DNA of 64,000 bases from Fimbriimonadales bacterium (GTDB lineage: Bacteria > Armatimonadota > Fimbriimonadia > Fimbriimonadales > JABRVX01), in contig BTVI01000005.1 in assembly GCA_045862955.1 (NCBI GenBank), forward strand, positions 1 to 64,000, written 5' to 3'. Shown here piece after piece: positions 21,005 through 31,503 of this stretch. Made by a program: the position numbers and the translations under genes. How positions within the stretch are numbered: position 1 is the stretch's first letter; every line of letters starts with the position of its first letter. The notes under the pieces are model-generated. The model worked only from the letters and a program-made list of their open reading frames with translations, was not told where the DNA came from and did not search any database.

Positions 21005-22407
21005 TGCGTCTCACCACCCCCAGGGCCGTGGAGCGCAACGGCCGGAGCCGCGTGGCCGGGCTTCATCTTGTGCAGCAGATCCTTCATCTCGAAGATATTG
21101 ATCATGGGCAGGTATCGGATGAAAAGGAACATCAAGAACGTGAACAGACCGATCGTGCCGAGGAACAGGCCCCAGTCCCAAATGGTAGGATCGTAGAAGC
21201 CCCAAGCGGAAGGCACGAAGTCCTCGTGCAGGCTAGTGACCACGATGATGAAGCGCTCGAGCCACATCCCCACGCTTACTACCAAACTGATAGCGAACAG
21301 CATGAGCGTGTTGCGACGGACCTTCGGCCACCACAACAGCTGCGGCACCAATCCGTTGCAGAAGATCAGGGACCAATACAGCAACGAGTAGGTGCCTGTC
21401 ATGCGGTTATTCCACATCATGTGCCACTCGAACTCGTTGGCGCTGTACCAGCCATAGAACGCCTCGGCGATGTAGCCGTAGAAAACGATCAATCCAGTCG
21501 CCAACATGATCTTCGCCATCCAATCTATGTGGCGCATCGTGATCATGTGTTCTAGCCCGTACCACTTGCGGATTGGTATGGTCAGCAGAAGAACCATCGC
21601 GAAACCAGCGTAAATGGCCCCAGCGACGAAGTAGGGCGGGAAGATGGTTGCATGCCAACCCGGGATGATGGAGACGGCAAAGTCCAAACTGACGACGCTA
21701 TGCACCGAGAGAACCAGCGGGGTCGAGAGGCCGGCGAGGATCAGGTAGGCCGTCTCATACCGGAACCAGTGTTTGACCGAGCCGCGCCATCCGAACGACG
21801 CGATTCCGAACAAACGCTTGACGATCAGGTTCTTCGCCTTGTCTCGCAGGGTGGCGAAATCCGGAATGAGGCCCACGAACCAGAACAGTGCCGAGACGGT
21901 TATGTAGGTGGTGACCGCAAACACGTCCCAGATCAGGGGGCTCTGAAACTGCGGCCAGGCGCCTAGGATGTTAGGGTAAGGCAACATCCAGTAGGCCGCC
22001 CATGGGCGACCCGTGTGCAGCAGTGGGAAGAGACCCGCGCACATGACGGCGAAGATGGTCATCGCTTCGGCGAAGCGGTTGATCGAGTTGCGCCAGTTCT
22101 GGCGTGTCAGCAAGAGTATCGCAGAGATGAGCGTACCCGCGTGGCCGATACCGATCCACCACACGAAGTTGATGATCGCGAAGCCCCAGCCGACGGGGAC
22201 GTTCACACCCCACACGCCGATGCCCATGTAGAGCAGCCACGCGAGGGAGAGCAACATCACGTTCAGCAACAGGAAACCGAGCGCGAAGCCGCCATACCAA
22301 GGCAGCTTGTGCGTGCGCTGGTCCAGGACGATCGAGCTGATCTGATCGCCCAGCGAACTGTAGCTGTTGCTGCCGGTCAGGACTCGGGTGTCCACTACGT
22401 CGCTCAC
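21001..22407 (-). CDS. actC: Alternative complex III quinol-binding subunit (NrfD family)
   Basis: FVWWIGIGHAGTLISAIL and SPLIWDVFAV motifs. Confidence 0.95.
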   Translation of the reverse strand: MSDVVDTRVLTGSNSYSSLGDQISSIVLDQRTHKLPWYGGFALGFLLLNVMLLSLAWLLYMGIGVWGVNVPVGWGFAIINFVWWIGIGHAGTLISAILLLTRQNWRNSINRFAEAMTIFAVMCAGLFPLLHTGRPWAAYWMLPYPNILGAWPQFQSPLIWDVFAVTTYITVSALFWFVGLIPDFATLRDKAKNLIVKRLFGIASFGWRGSVKHWFRYETAYLILAGLSTPLVLSVHSVVSLDFAVSIIPGWHATIFPPYFVAGAIYAGFAMVLLLTIPIRKWYGLEHMITMRHIDWMAKIMLATGLIVFYGYIAEAFYGWYSANEFEWHMMWNNRMTGTYSLLYWSLIFCNGLVPQLLWWPKVRRNTLMLFAISLVVSVGMWLERFIIVVTSLHEDFVPSAWGFYDPTIWDWGLFLGTIGLFTFLMFLFIRYLPMINIFEMKDLLHKMKPGHAAPAVALHGPGGGETQ

Positions 22408-25400
22408 GCCTGCTCCTCGCTAAGCCGTGGATTGGGGTTCTTGATCCTTGCCAGGTAGGTGGTGCGCGGTCGAGTATTCAGTTCCGTTAGCAGGCCGTAA
22501 TCGTGTGGTTCCGACTTCAGCTTGGAAACAGCACTACCGGCATCTGCCACGTCACCGAAGACGATGGCACCGGTGGGGCACGTCTGCACGCACGCGGGCA
22601 CCACTTCCCCATCCGCGATGGGTCTACGCTCCTGCTTCGCTTTGATACGAGCGGCGTTGATGCGCTGCACGCAGTAGGTGCATTTCTCCATCACGCCTCG
22701 GCCACGGATGGTAACGTCCGGGTTTGCCAGCAGCTTCAGGGTGGGGTGATCGTAGTTGCCGGGTGCCATGTTCGGCTGGCCTGCCGAATACTTGTAGAAG
22801 TTGAAGCGCCGCACCTTGTAGGGGCAGTTGTTCGAGCAATACCTGGTACCAATGCACCGGTTGTACACCATCTGGTTCAGCCCTTCGTGGCTGTGTGTGG
22901 TTGCAGCCACGGGGCATACCGGCTCGCAGGGCGCCTTTTCACAGTGCATGCAGGGCACGGGCTGGAAGTGCACATCGGGGTCGTCCAGCCCTCGCTCGAA
23001 GTAACGGTCTATGCGGATCCAGTGCATCTCTCGGCCACGGCGGACCTGGTCTTTGCCCACGACGGGGATGTTGTTCTCGGCCTGACACGCAACCACACAC
23101 GCGTTGCAGCCGATGCATGCGGAGAGGTCAATGGACATTCCCCAGCGGTGGCCTTGGTAGTCCCGGAAGGATTTGGGGGGTTCGTAAAGCGTTAGGTCCT
23201 TCTCATGCCCGTCATGACCACCGTGTCCCAGCGAAGGATCGCGAACGAACTCCGCCAGCGTGCCGACGCGCAACAGGTCGCGACCATGCTGGGTGACACT
23301 GCCATGCAGAGTGTGGTGGTTCTGGGTGGCGGCGAGTGTATGCTTCCTGCCCGTCTTGCGGATCTCCGCGCCCGGCGCGAAGTCGTGCCCGGACACGGTG
23401 CGAAGGCGGTATGTGTCGAAACCGACTCCGGTGCCGAGTTTGCCTGCTCGAGTTCGGCCACCCCCCAGGTAGGCGGTTACGGTGTCTTCGGGGTGACCAG
23501 GCTGAACCCACGCCACCGCCTCTAGCTGCTGACCCGCCACACGAATCGCGATGACGTCCTGCGTGTCCACACCCAAGCGCTCCGCCAGAGCCGGCGACAT
23601 CAACACGGGATTGTCCCACGTGACGGTGATCAAGGGCTTCGGCAACTCTTGAAGCCACCCGTTGTTCGCGTCGCGGCCGTCTCCTACCGTCGGGTCCGGG
23701 CGGAACACCAGATCGATGCCATTTGCAGCTGACACACGCGGTAGGACCGAGGCGAGGTCGGGTCGAAGCGTTACTGAAATCGGCGGCAGCGCGCTGTTAG
23801 CGATGAACCCGTCGTGCTTGGCACGCTCCCACCAATTCTCGAAGTCTGCTCGTGCCTGAACGGACCGCCAGTGGTCGGTTAGGATGTCATACCCGCGGCG
23901 CGGATCTCCTTCCAGAAGCTGCAGCACTTCCAGGGGGGATCTGCTGCGGTAGAGCGGCTCGATGAGCGGTTGGGTGATGGACACGGTGCCATCATACGCT
24001 CGGGCGTCTTCCCAGCGCTCCAAGAAGTGCGATTCGGGGACATGCCAATCCGACAGGACTGCGGTCTCGTCCACATGCGAGCCCACGTGGATCTTCAGCC
24101 GGGCCTTCGCGAAAGCAGCGGCGAAGCCGAGGTCGGCCGGGGAGTAGTACGCCGGGTTGCCTCCGAGCACTAACACGGTCTGCACCCTGCCGGCATTCAG
24201 GTCGGAAACGAGTGCTCGGAGCGACGCCCTCTGAGAGCCGTGCGTGGGTCGGGGAGGCGCCTCGACGTAGGTGACTGTTCGGCCGACGTTGCCGAGTGCG
24301 GCGTTCATAGTATGGGCCAGGGCATGAACCTCCGCCGGCTGCTCATCGCCCACGATGACCAAGCTGCGACCGGCATGCGCCCGAAGGTCCTCCACCACGG
24401 CATTCAGCCACGCATCAGGCAGCGGCGAAGGGGCACCGCTGACAGCCACCCCTAGCCGGGAGGCCAAGGAGCGAGCGGTGTCCGCCATGGCACTCGGCTT
24501 GACCCCGATTCGATGATCGGCGTTGGCACCCGTGACCGAGACCGAGGATTCGATCGCGTAGAGCCGGTTCGCCTCGGTGACTCCTTTGCGAACCTTCCGC
24601 CGAGAAGCGAAGTCGTGGGCATACCGGACACTGCCCGGCATCGAGCAAAGAAAATCGGCATCCAGTGAGAGGATGCGGTCCGCCTGGTCGAGATGATAGA
24701 CGGAGTCCACTACGGTGCCGAAGGCCAGCCGAGCACCCTCCCACACGTTGTCGCGGTTCACGGGCTCGTAGGCGTGCCACACCATCTGGGGATAGCGCTG
24801 CTGTAAGCGACGCAGCAGCGCGAGCATCGAGGGCGAGGTGATTGTTTCGGTCAGCACTCGGAGCCCAGCACCGCCATCCATCGCGTGCTGCCTGCGGACG
24901 TCCCGCATCATGCTGACGAAAGCATCCCAGAGTGCGGGCTCGCCTTTGAACAGCACGTCCGTGGAGCGGTCCGGATCGTACAGATTGAGCACGGAGGCCT
25001 GAGCCACTGCATCGGCCGCACCCAGGCTTGCCGGGTGCTTGGGGTTGCCTTCGAGTTTGGTCGGTCTGCCCTCGTGGCTCGTCGCGATCAATCCGGTCGC
25101 GTAGCCATGGCGGGTAATCGCCGTCGCGAAGTACAGCGGCTTGCCCGGAATCGCGTCCTCGGGGGCCTTCACGTAGGGCACGATCTTCTCTTGCGGCAGG
25201 AAGCGGCAGCCGGACACGAGACCGGCAAGCGCCAGCGAGGCGCCAGCGAACTTCAAGAACTGACGGCGGTCCATCTCCGCCGCCCAGCTTCGCGCTTGCT
25301 GCGGGAACTCGTCTTGCAGGAACTCGCGAAACTCCGGGGTGTCGGCCAGCTCGTCCAGGCTGCGCCAGTAGGCACGGCCTGTCTTGCCCTCGAGCCGTGC

Positions 25401-25460
25401 CCGAATCTCGGCGATGGTCAGCTTTCTGTTGCTGTTGTCGTTTGTGTTCTCGGTTCCCAT
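22404..25460 (-). CDS. actB: Alternative complex III subunit B (molybdopterin-oxidoreductase-like + Fe-S)
   Basis: YWRSLDEL, Tat motif DRRQFLK, CIGCNAC, CMHCEKAPC, CIGTRYCSNNCPY and EKCTYC. Confidence 0.96.
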   Translation of the reverse strand: MGTENTNDNSNRKLTIAEIRARLEGKTGRAYWRSLDELADTPEFREFLQDEFPQQARSWAAEMDRRQFLKFAGASLALAGLVSGCRFLPQEKIVPYVKAPEDAIPGKPLYFATAITRHGYATGLIATSHEGRPTKLEGNPKHPASLGAADAVAQASVLNLYDPDRSTDVLFKGEPALWDAFVSMMRDVRRQHAMDGGAGLRVLTETITSPSMLALLRRLQQRYPQMVWHAYEPVNRDNVWEGARLAFGTVVDSVYHLDQADRILSLDADFLCSMPGSVRYAHDFASRRKVRKGVTEANRLYAIESSVSVTGANADHRIGVKPSAMADTARSLASRLGVAVSGAPSPLPDAWLNAVVEDLRAHAGRSLVIVGDEQPAEVHALAHTMNAALGNVGRTVTYVEAPPRPTHGSQRASLRALVSDLNAGRVQTVLVLGGNPAYYSPADLGFAAAFAKARLKIHVGSHVDETAVLSDWHVPESHFLERWEDARAYDGTVSITQPLIEPLYRSRSPLEVLQLLEGDPRRGYDILTDHWRSVQARADFENWWERAKHDGFIANSALPPISVTLRPDLASVLPRVSAANGIDLVFRPDPTVGDGRDANNGWLQELPKPLITVTWDNPVLMSPALAERLGVDTQDVIAIRVAGQQLEAVAWVQPGHPEDTVTAYLGGGRTRAGKLGTGVGFDTYRLRTVSGHDFAPGAEIRKTGRKHTLAATQNHHTLHGSVTQHGRDLLRVGTLAEFVRDPSLGHGGHDGHEKDLTLYEPPKSFRDYQGHRWGMSIDLSACIGCNACVVACQAENNIPVVGKDQVRRGREMHWIRIDRYFERGLDDPDVHFQPVPCMHCEKAPCEPVCPVAATTHSHEGLNQMVYNRCIGTRYCSNNCPYKVRRFNFYKYSAGQPNMAPGNYDHPTLKLLANPDVTIRGRGVMEKCTYCVQRINAARIKAKQERRPIADGEVVPACVQTCPTGAIVFGDVADAGSAVSKLKSEPHDYGLLTELNTRPRTTYLARIKNPNPRLSEEQA

Positions 25461-25470
25461 GCGTTCGTCG

Positions 25471-26217
25471 TTAGCGATGGCAGATCGAGCAGTCGGTTAA
25501 CTGCTCTTTGTCCACCTTATATTCCTTCATCAACTTCTTGCCCTCTGCGATCTCGGCGGGGGTGGGGTTGTAGGTCACACCGCGCAGAATGGCCTTCTCG
25601 CGCTCGGTTAGCGGTTCACCCCTTTGCGGCTTCAGATAGAGCTGGAAGATCTGCTCCGAGGGGGTCCGCTCGGGATGCGATCCGTCTTTGTAAAGGTGCT
25701 TTTCGACGTTTCGATGGCAGTCGAGGCACCACACCATGGTGAAGGCCTTCGCCTTGTACGTGAGGTCCATGGCTTGAACCGGGCCGTGGCACTCGTTGCA
25801 GTGGATGCCGCGGTCGACGTGGATCGCATGATTGAAGTACACGAACTCCGGCAGCTTGTTCACGCGGTTCCACTCGATGGGCACATTATCTTTGAAGCTG
25901 TCGCGCACCACGGCTAGCAACGGGCTGTTGGTCCACACCTGCGAGTGGCAAGACATACAAGTGTGGGTCGGCGGGATGCCCGCGAACGACGACTTCTCGA
26001 CCGAAGAATGGCAATACCGGCAGTCGATCCCGAGTTGGTTCACGTGGTGCTTGTGGCTGAAGGGAGCCGGCTGGTTTAGCGCGACGTCCACGTTAGTCTG
26101 ATATGGCGAGCGAGTTACGGCCGAGAGTGTGAAGATGAGTCCCAGAGGTAGGATGGGAAGGAGTGAGACACTCACCTTAGCAAGCGTATTCGCGTAGGGC
26201 GGAAAGATCTGCGCCAT
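25471..26217 (-). CDS. actA: Alternative complex III pentaheme cytochrome
   Basis: MAQIF N-terminus; five CxxCH motifs. Confidence 0.95.
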   Translation of the reverse strand: MAQIFPPYANTLAKVSVSLLPILPLGLIFTLSAVTRSPYQTNVDVALNQPAPFSHKHHVNQLGIDCRYCHSSVEKSSFAGIPPTHTCMSCHSQVWTNSPLLAVVRDSFKDNVPIEWNRVNKLPEFVYFNHAIHVDRGIHCNECHGPVQAMDLTYKAKAFTMVWCLDCHRNVEKHLYKDGSHPERTPSEQIFQLYLKPQRGEPLTEREKAILRGVTYNPTPAEIAEGKKLMKEYKVDKEQLTDCSICHR

Positions 26218-26889
26218 TGCTCCGAATCAGGATAGCCCGCCCGCGCGGCAGAGAGCGGTGCCCCCTCCGATCCTTCCCATAATCCGATTGTGAACCGGCA
26301 GCACGCGGCTGCCGAGCGAACGCCCCAACGTACCCGTTCTCCTTCCCCCGCATCGCGACGCGTCCATCCCGGAGGCCTGCTCCCCGGTTGCGTCGCTGCT
26401 TCGGTGGCGCCTCGGCGCGTCCCAGAAAAAGGAAACCCCGCCGAGGGCTTCCGCGTGGGACCATACCCGATGCCTCAAACCTTATGCAAGCGAAGTATTC
26501 GCTCCTCGCGTAAAAACTCGCGAACTGGGTACATAAGTACGCGGGACCGTGCGGGCTGGCGGTCCTGTGTGTTCCTGGACCATTTCGGGCGTCTCGGGTC
26601 CTCACGCAAAGGGCGCAACGGCACCGCAAAGATCCCAGAAGGGAGAGCGGACAAGGCGACGGGTTTCCCTCAGGCTAGGACAACCCTGGGACGTCACGAG
26701 CGAGTGTCCGGAGACGTTTTGACCGCCCTGACACGGGCGCTACGATCTCGGCGTACCCTCTGTGCACTTGGCGTGACACCTCGAGCTGCATTCAGGCCCA
26801 GCCTCTGACGATTGTGAACTGCAGCAGAGTCATGGCTCGGCACTCACGCACAACATGCGAAGGGGGCAGCGTCTCGAGGTTCTGGCCGG

Positions 26890-28713
26890 TCACAGTGAGC
26901 GGTCTATGGCCAGAGTAAGGAAGAGCAGGGCGAGGTAGAGCATCGAGTACTTGTAGAGCGACAGGGCGTGGGGACGGTCCGGGGTTCGCAAGAGCTGCGC
27001 GGAGCGCAGGATGAGCACTAGGTTCAGTGCGATGACCACACCGAGATACACGAGCCCTGTGTGCCTTTGCACCAGCGGCAGGAGAGAGATGATCGACGTA
27101 AGCAGCGCGTACAGCCCGATCTGCACCACCGTGAGGCGCTCGCCGAGCACCACCGGTGCCATGGGGATACCCGCCCGCGCATAGTCGTCGCGGATCAGCA
27201 ACGAGAGAGCCCAGAAGTGCACCGGGGTCCAGGCGAAGACGATGGCGAAGAGCAGCCAGGCCAGCGGGCTCAGGCTTCCCGTGACCGCAGCCCATCCGAC
27301 GAGCGGCGGGAAGGAGCCCGCGGCACCACCGATGACGATGTTGTGCCAGGTCCTTCGTTTCAGCACCAGCGTGTAGATAATCACGTAGAACACGAGCCCG
27401 GCGAGGGCGAGCATCGCCGCCAGCAGGTTGGCCGCCCACGTCAGGATGATGAACGACAGAAGCGCGAGCACCAGGCCGAAGATAAGCGCGTTGGTCGGCG
27501 GGACTTCGCGCGTGACAGTTGGACGCTTGGAGGTGCGGCCCATGCGGGCGTCCACATCCACGTCAATCGCCATGTTGATGGCGTTGGCAGCTCCCGCAGC
27601 CATATAGCCACCGATGAGCACCGCGAGCAACAAGCCGCCGCCGGGCCAGCCCCGCGCAGCCGCGAACATCGCGGCTACCGTCGTGAACAGTAATAGGCTG
27701 ATGACGCGTGGCTTGGTCAGCAGCAGGTAACTGCGCCACGTCGCCCGAGTGGCGCTCGGGGCATCGGATGCGGGCGGAGCTTCCGCGAAGCGCTCTGTGC
27801 GAGGGACGGTCTCCTGCATAGCGGACGCCGCGAACAGCAGGAGCACGATCCACATCACGTCTGCGACGACGAGGTGCACCATTTGAAGCCAGTGCGGAGT
27901 GAACAGCGCGATATTCGCCAGACCGATGACGCTTTGCGCTAGCACCAGTCCGACCAGCGCGCGGCTCCATACACGCACCTCGTTACTCGGCCGCAGGTAT
28001 GCGACGAGCCCCGCGATAAGAATGAGATAGAGCCCCACCGAGACCGCGAGAAGCGGGTGGACGCCGCGGACCTGCATGAGGAAGTGGGAGGTTGCGGGAA
28101 CGCTCTGTTCCATCACCTGGGCCATGTTCGCAGGCGGAAAGAGCGTATCTGCCAAGGCAGTCAGCGCCCCACTCACACCGAGAAGCAGGGTGGTGACGAT
28201 GCCGATCCAAAGCCCCCAACCGACCGCACCTTGTCCTCGCGCGACGACCTTGCGTTCCGCACCGCCGTGCCAAGCCGCCATGGCCGTGAGCGCAACGAGC
28301 AAGAACGTGTTGGCGAGGTGCAACGACACGGCGAAAGCACGCAAAGCCGAGGCGTTGTCTTCGACGAGGTCGAACTTCACCAGGCCTGCCCCGAGCAACA
28401 CCTCGATCACCATGACGAGGAGCGCCAGGGCCGCGTAGCGCCGGGCAGCATGACGAGGCGCGAAGCGCCGTCGAGCCCACACCGCCAGAACTACCACCAT
28501 GAAGAAGGAGAGCGCGCTGGTGAGACGGTGGGTCAGCTCGACGAAGAAATGAAACGCCTTGTTCGGGTCAATCCCTTCCTTGCTCCAGAAAGGCCACTGG
28601 TTGCCGAGACCCGCGCCGGAGCCGCTGGCACGAACGTAGGCTCCCCAAGCGATAACGGCAAGGAGAACCGCGAGCGTTAGCCAGGCGAAGTGGTTGAACC
28701 GGACCCTTCTCAT
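26890..28713 (-). CDS. ctaB: Fused heme A synthase (CtaA/COX15) - protoheme IX farnesyltransferase (CtaB)
   Basis: N-half GAYVRASGSG, ELTHR and HLA; C-half LTKPRV, DVDARMGRTSKRP and WTPVHFWAL. Confidence 0.92.
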   Translation of the reverse strand: MRRVRFNHFAWLTLAVLLAVIAWGAYVRASGSGAGLGNQWPFWSKEGIDPNKAFHFFVELTHRLTSALSFFMVVVLAVWARRRFAPRHAARRYAALALLVMVIEVLLGAGLVKFDLVEDNASALRAFAVSLHLANTFLLVALTAMAAWHGGAERKVVARGQGAVGWGLWIGIVTTLLLGVSGALTALADTLFPPANMAQVMEQSVPATSHFLMQVRGVHPLLAVSVGLYLILIAGLVAYLRPSNEVRVWSRALVGLVLAQSVIGLANIALFTPHWLQMVHLVVADVMWIVLLLFAASAMQETVPRTERFAEAPPASDAPSATRATWRSYLLLTKPRVISLLLFTTVAAMFAAARGWPGGGLLLAVLIGGYMAAGAANAINMAIDVDVDARMGRTSKRPTVTREVPPTNALIFGLVLALLSFIILTWAANLLAAMLALAGLVFYVIIYTLVLKRRTWHNIVIGGAAGSFPPLVGWAAVTGSLSPLAWLLFAIVFAWTPVHFWALSLLIRDDYARAGIPMAPVVLGERLTVVQIGLYALLTSIISLLPLVQRHTGLVYLGVVIALNLVLILRSAQLLRTPDRPHALSLYKYSMLYLALLFLTLAIDRSL

Positions 28714-28864
28714 CGAACTTTACATCGTTCTACGGCTGCGGGCGACCTGAACCGCCGACAACCGAGACGAACCGAGGGAGGTTACCTATCGAGTTCGGCG
28801 CTGCGCAAGCCGGACCCAGTGGTGCCACAATCCACAGCGACCCGTTCGGTCCAGGAGGCAGGTC

Positions 28865-30565
28865 ATGAACCTCGCGTGTTTGGCGCTCGTTACGGCACTC
28901 TTGGCTCAGACGCCGCTATCGGAGAGTCGAGAGGAGTTCGACAAGCGGATGGCTTGGTGGCGGGAGGCGCGCTTCGGCATGTTCATCCACTGGGGCCTGT
29001 ATGCTGTGCCGGCGGGAGTGTGGAACGGAGAACAGGTGCCGGGAGCCGGCGAGTGGATCATGTACACGAAGCGCATTCCTCGCGAGGAGTACGAGACCTT
29101 ACTGAAGTTGTTCAACCCGGTGAAGTACGACGCAGACGCATGGGTTCGGCTGGCCAAGGAAGCCGGCATGAAGTACATCGTCATCACCTCCAAACACCAC
29201 GACGGCTTCTGCCTTTGGGACAGCAAGCACACCGAGTACGACGTGATGTCCACGCCCTACGGCCGCGACCTGCTGAAGCCGCTGGCCGAAGCATGCCGGC
29301 GTCACGGGATTCGGCTCTGTTTTTATCACTCGATCATGGACTGGCACCACCCGGACGCCAACGAGGATCGGTGGCCGGAGTACGTGGCGGTGATGAAGGC
29401 GCAGCTTCGGGAGCTGATCGAGAACTATGGGCCGCTCGGAGTGCTTTGGTTCGACGGCGAGTGGGTTCCCGAGTGGACGCCGGAGCAAGGCGCCCAGCTC
29501 TACGCCGAGCTTCGTCGCCTGCAGCCGGACCTGATCATCAACAACCGAATCGGCAAGAGCCGCATGATGCCCGGTGCGGGCGGAGTGGGGGACTTCGACA
29601 CGCCGGAGCAGTACATCCCAGGCACGGGCCTTCCCTTCGACTGGGAGTCGTGCATGACGATGAACGACACTTGGGGCTTCAAGCTGCACGACCGCAACTG
29701 GAAGTCCACTGAGACCCTCATCCGCATGTTGGCTGATACCGCGTCGAAGGGAGGAAACTTCCTGCTGAACGTAGGACCTACGGCGGAAGGCCTGATCCCC
29801 GAGCCGAGCGTGGAGCGTCTGCGGGCCATTGGCGCGTGGCTGCGGCGAAACGGCGAGGCCATCTACGGCACGGGGCCGAGCCCTTTCCGTTCGCTCCCGT
29901 GGGGACGATGCACGTCGAAGCCAGGAAAGCTGTATCTGCACGTGTTCGACTGGCCGTCCAGCGGTCGGTTGGCGGTTCCCGGGCTGCGTTCTCCGGTGAA
30001 GCGTGCGTGGCTGTTGGCGAACGGGAGACCCGTTACGGTCAGGGCCCATGCGAGCGGGGTCGAGATGCTGGTCCCACTGGCTGCGCCGGACCCGGTGAAC
30101 AGCGTGATCGTACTGGAGCTGGCCGGGCCCGTCGTCGTAGAAGCCGTGCCGATCCTGCAACGGCCGAGCGGCGTGGTTACCCTGCGGGCCGCCGAAGCCG
30201 AGATCCTCGGTGACACCGCGCGATACGAGAAGGGTGACGGAAAGGACAACATCGGCTTCTGGACGTCGGAGAAGGACAGCGTCCGGTGGGCCTTCGAGCT
30301 TCGAAGACCTGGCCGCTACACGGTGGACGTGCTGTACGCTTGCGAGGACGGCTCCGCAGGCTCCGAGTTTGAAGTGCGCGTGGGGACAGCGGCAGTGCGC
30401 GGTCGGGTGGCGGGCACGGGCGGTTGGGCAGCGTTTCGGACACTCACCTTGGGCGAGCTGGAGCTCCGGACGCCGGGCACGCTAACGCTGGAGGTCCGTC
30501 CGCTGAGCAAGCCGGGAGCCGCGGTGTTGAACCTGCAGCTCGTAAGGCTGTCTCCTGCCGACTGA
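28865..30565 (+). CDS. Alpha-L-fucosidase (GH29) with a C-terminal CBM-like domain
   Basis: ARFGMFIHWGLY, KHHDGF, LWFDGEW and GGNFLLNVGP motifs; signal peptide. Confidence 0.95.
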   Translation: MNLACLALVTALLAQTPLSESREEFDKRMAWWREARFGMFIHWGLYAVPAGVWNGEQVPGAGEWIMYTKRIPREEYETLLKLFNPVKYDADAWVRLAKEAGMKYIVITSKHHDGFCLWDSKHTEYDVMSTPYGRDLLKPLAEACRRHGIRLCFYHSIMDWHHPDANEDRWPEYVAVMKAQLRELIENYGPLGVLWFDGEWVPEWTPEQGAQLYAELRRLQPDLIINNRIGKSRMMPGAGGVGDFDTPEQYIPGTGLPFDWESCMTMNDTWGFKLHDRNWKSTETLIRMLADTASKGGNFLLNVGPTAEGLIPEPSVERLRAIGAWLRRNGEAIYGTGPSPFRSLPWGRCTSKPGKLYLHVFDWPSSGRLAVPGLRSPVKRAWLLANGRPVTVRAHASGVEMLVPLAAPDPVNSVIVLELAGPVVVEAVPILQRPSGVVTLRAAEAEILGDTARYEKGDGKDNIGFWTSEKDSVRWAFELRRPGRYTVDVLYACEDGSAGSEFEVRVGTAAVRGRVAGTGGWAAFRTLTLGELELRTPGTLTLEVRPLSKPGAAVLNLQLVRLSPAD

Positions 30566-30569
30566 TGGG

Positions 30570-31400
30570 TTAGGCTCTCCGCGCCGCGTGCACCCATGCC
30601 ACGCCGGTGAGACCTCCGGGCGGCACCTCGGCCAGCGCGTCGAGGATTCGCTTACGGAGGGCTAGCCTCTCGTCCTCCGGCGTGCGCTCGAAGAGTGCCC
30701 CGATCGGTCCGGCTGTCGCGCGAAGGCGTTCCCAAGTTTGTTCGGGCCCACCCTCCTCCCAGCCGGGGACGAGCACGGGCTCCTGCGCATAGGTCCGCCA
30801 ACCGGCCTCGGTCAGTGCGAGGCGAACGGCTTGCGGGTCCGCCATATGGAAGGCGCTGGGGTCATCGGGGCCGGGTGGCGTCAGTCCGTGGTGTTCGATC
30901 AGGATGCGGGAAGGCACTTCGGACCACTGGTTCTGATTAGCGGGGCCCCAGACCGCGATGCATAGAGTTCCCTCGGGCTTCACGACATCCGCGATCCGCC
31001 GAAGGGCCAGCCCGACATCTGCGCAGAACATGATGCCGAGCCTGGAGTACGCCGCATCGAAAGGTCGGGGGGTGTCCACGGGGTCTTCCGCTCCGACGGC
31101 CTCGAACGCGACGTTGTCGAGGCCCTCACACGCGCTCTCTGCCGCCGCGACCATCTCCGGCGCTAAGTCCGTGCCGACGACATAGGCTGCGTTCGTAGCG
31201 AGGCGTCGGGTGAGGCCGCCCGTACCACAGGCGACGTCGAGGATCCGGCCGCCCTCAGGCGGCGGGGCCAGACGAAGCATGGCCGAGGTGATGGGCGTAT
31301 AGTGGAGTTCCAGCCAGCCGGAGAGCTCGAGGCAGCCGGCAGCGGCGAAGTCCCAGCAGCGACGCTGGCGCTCCAGCCACTTCTCACGAGTCGCTCTCAC
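30570..31400 (-). CDS. Class I SAM-dependent methyltransferase
   Basis: ILDVACGTG and FDAAYSRLGIMF motifs. Confidence 0.9.
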   Translation of the reverse strand: MRATREKWLERQRRCWDFAAAGCLELSGWLELHYTPITSAMLRLAPPPEGGRILDVACGTGGLTRRLATNAAYVVGTDLAPEMVAAAESACEGLDNVAFEAVGAEDPVDTPRPFDAAYSRLGIMFCADVGLALRRIADVVKPEGTLCIAVWGPANQNQWSEVPSRILIEHHGLTPPGPDDPSAFHMADPQAVRLALTEAGWRTYAQEPVLVPGWEEGGPEQTWERLRATAGPIGALFERTPEDERLALRKRILDALAEVPPGGLTGVAWVHAARRA

Positions 31401-31479
31401 CGCCGCTCTCTTCCTCGTCTTCCAGCCAGTAGTAGATGATGATACGGCCGTCGGGCATCTGCTGCACTTCTTTGCGCAT
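31384..31479 (-). CDS. 31-aa small protein MRKEVQQMPDGRIIIYYWLEDEEESGGESDS
   Basis: Hand-translated; AAGAGG SD; fills the gap between two co-directional genes and overlaps the next start. Confidence 0.6.
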   Translation of the reverse strand: MRKEVQQMPDGRIIIYYWLEDEEESGGESDS

Positions 31480-31503
31480 CGGGTTCCTCTTGCCTAGCGA
31501 CCC

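Noticed and set aside
26560..26720. c-di-GMP-I riboswitch upstream of actA
   Set aside because: Only isolated GCAAA words, on the opposite strand; the paired architecture is not evident
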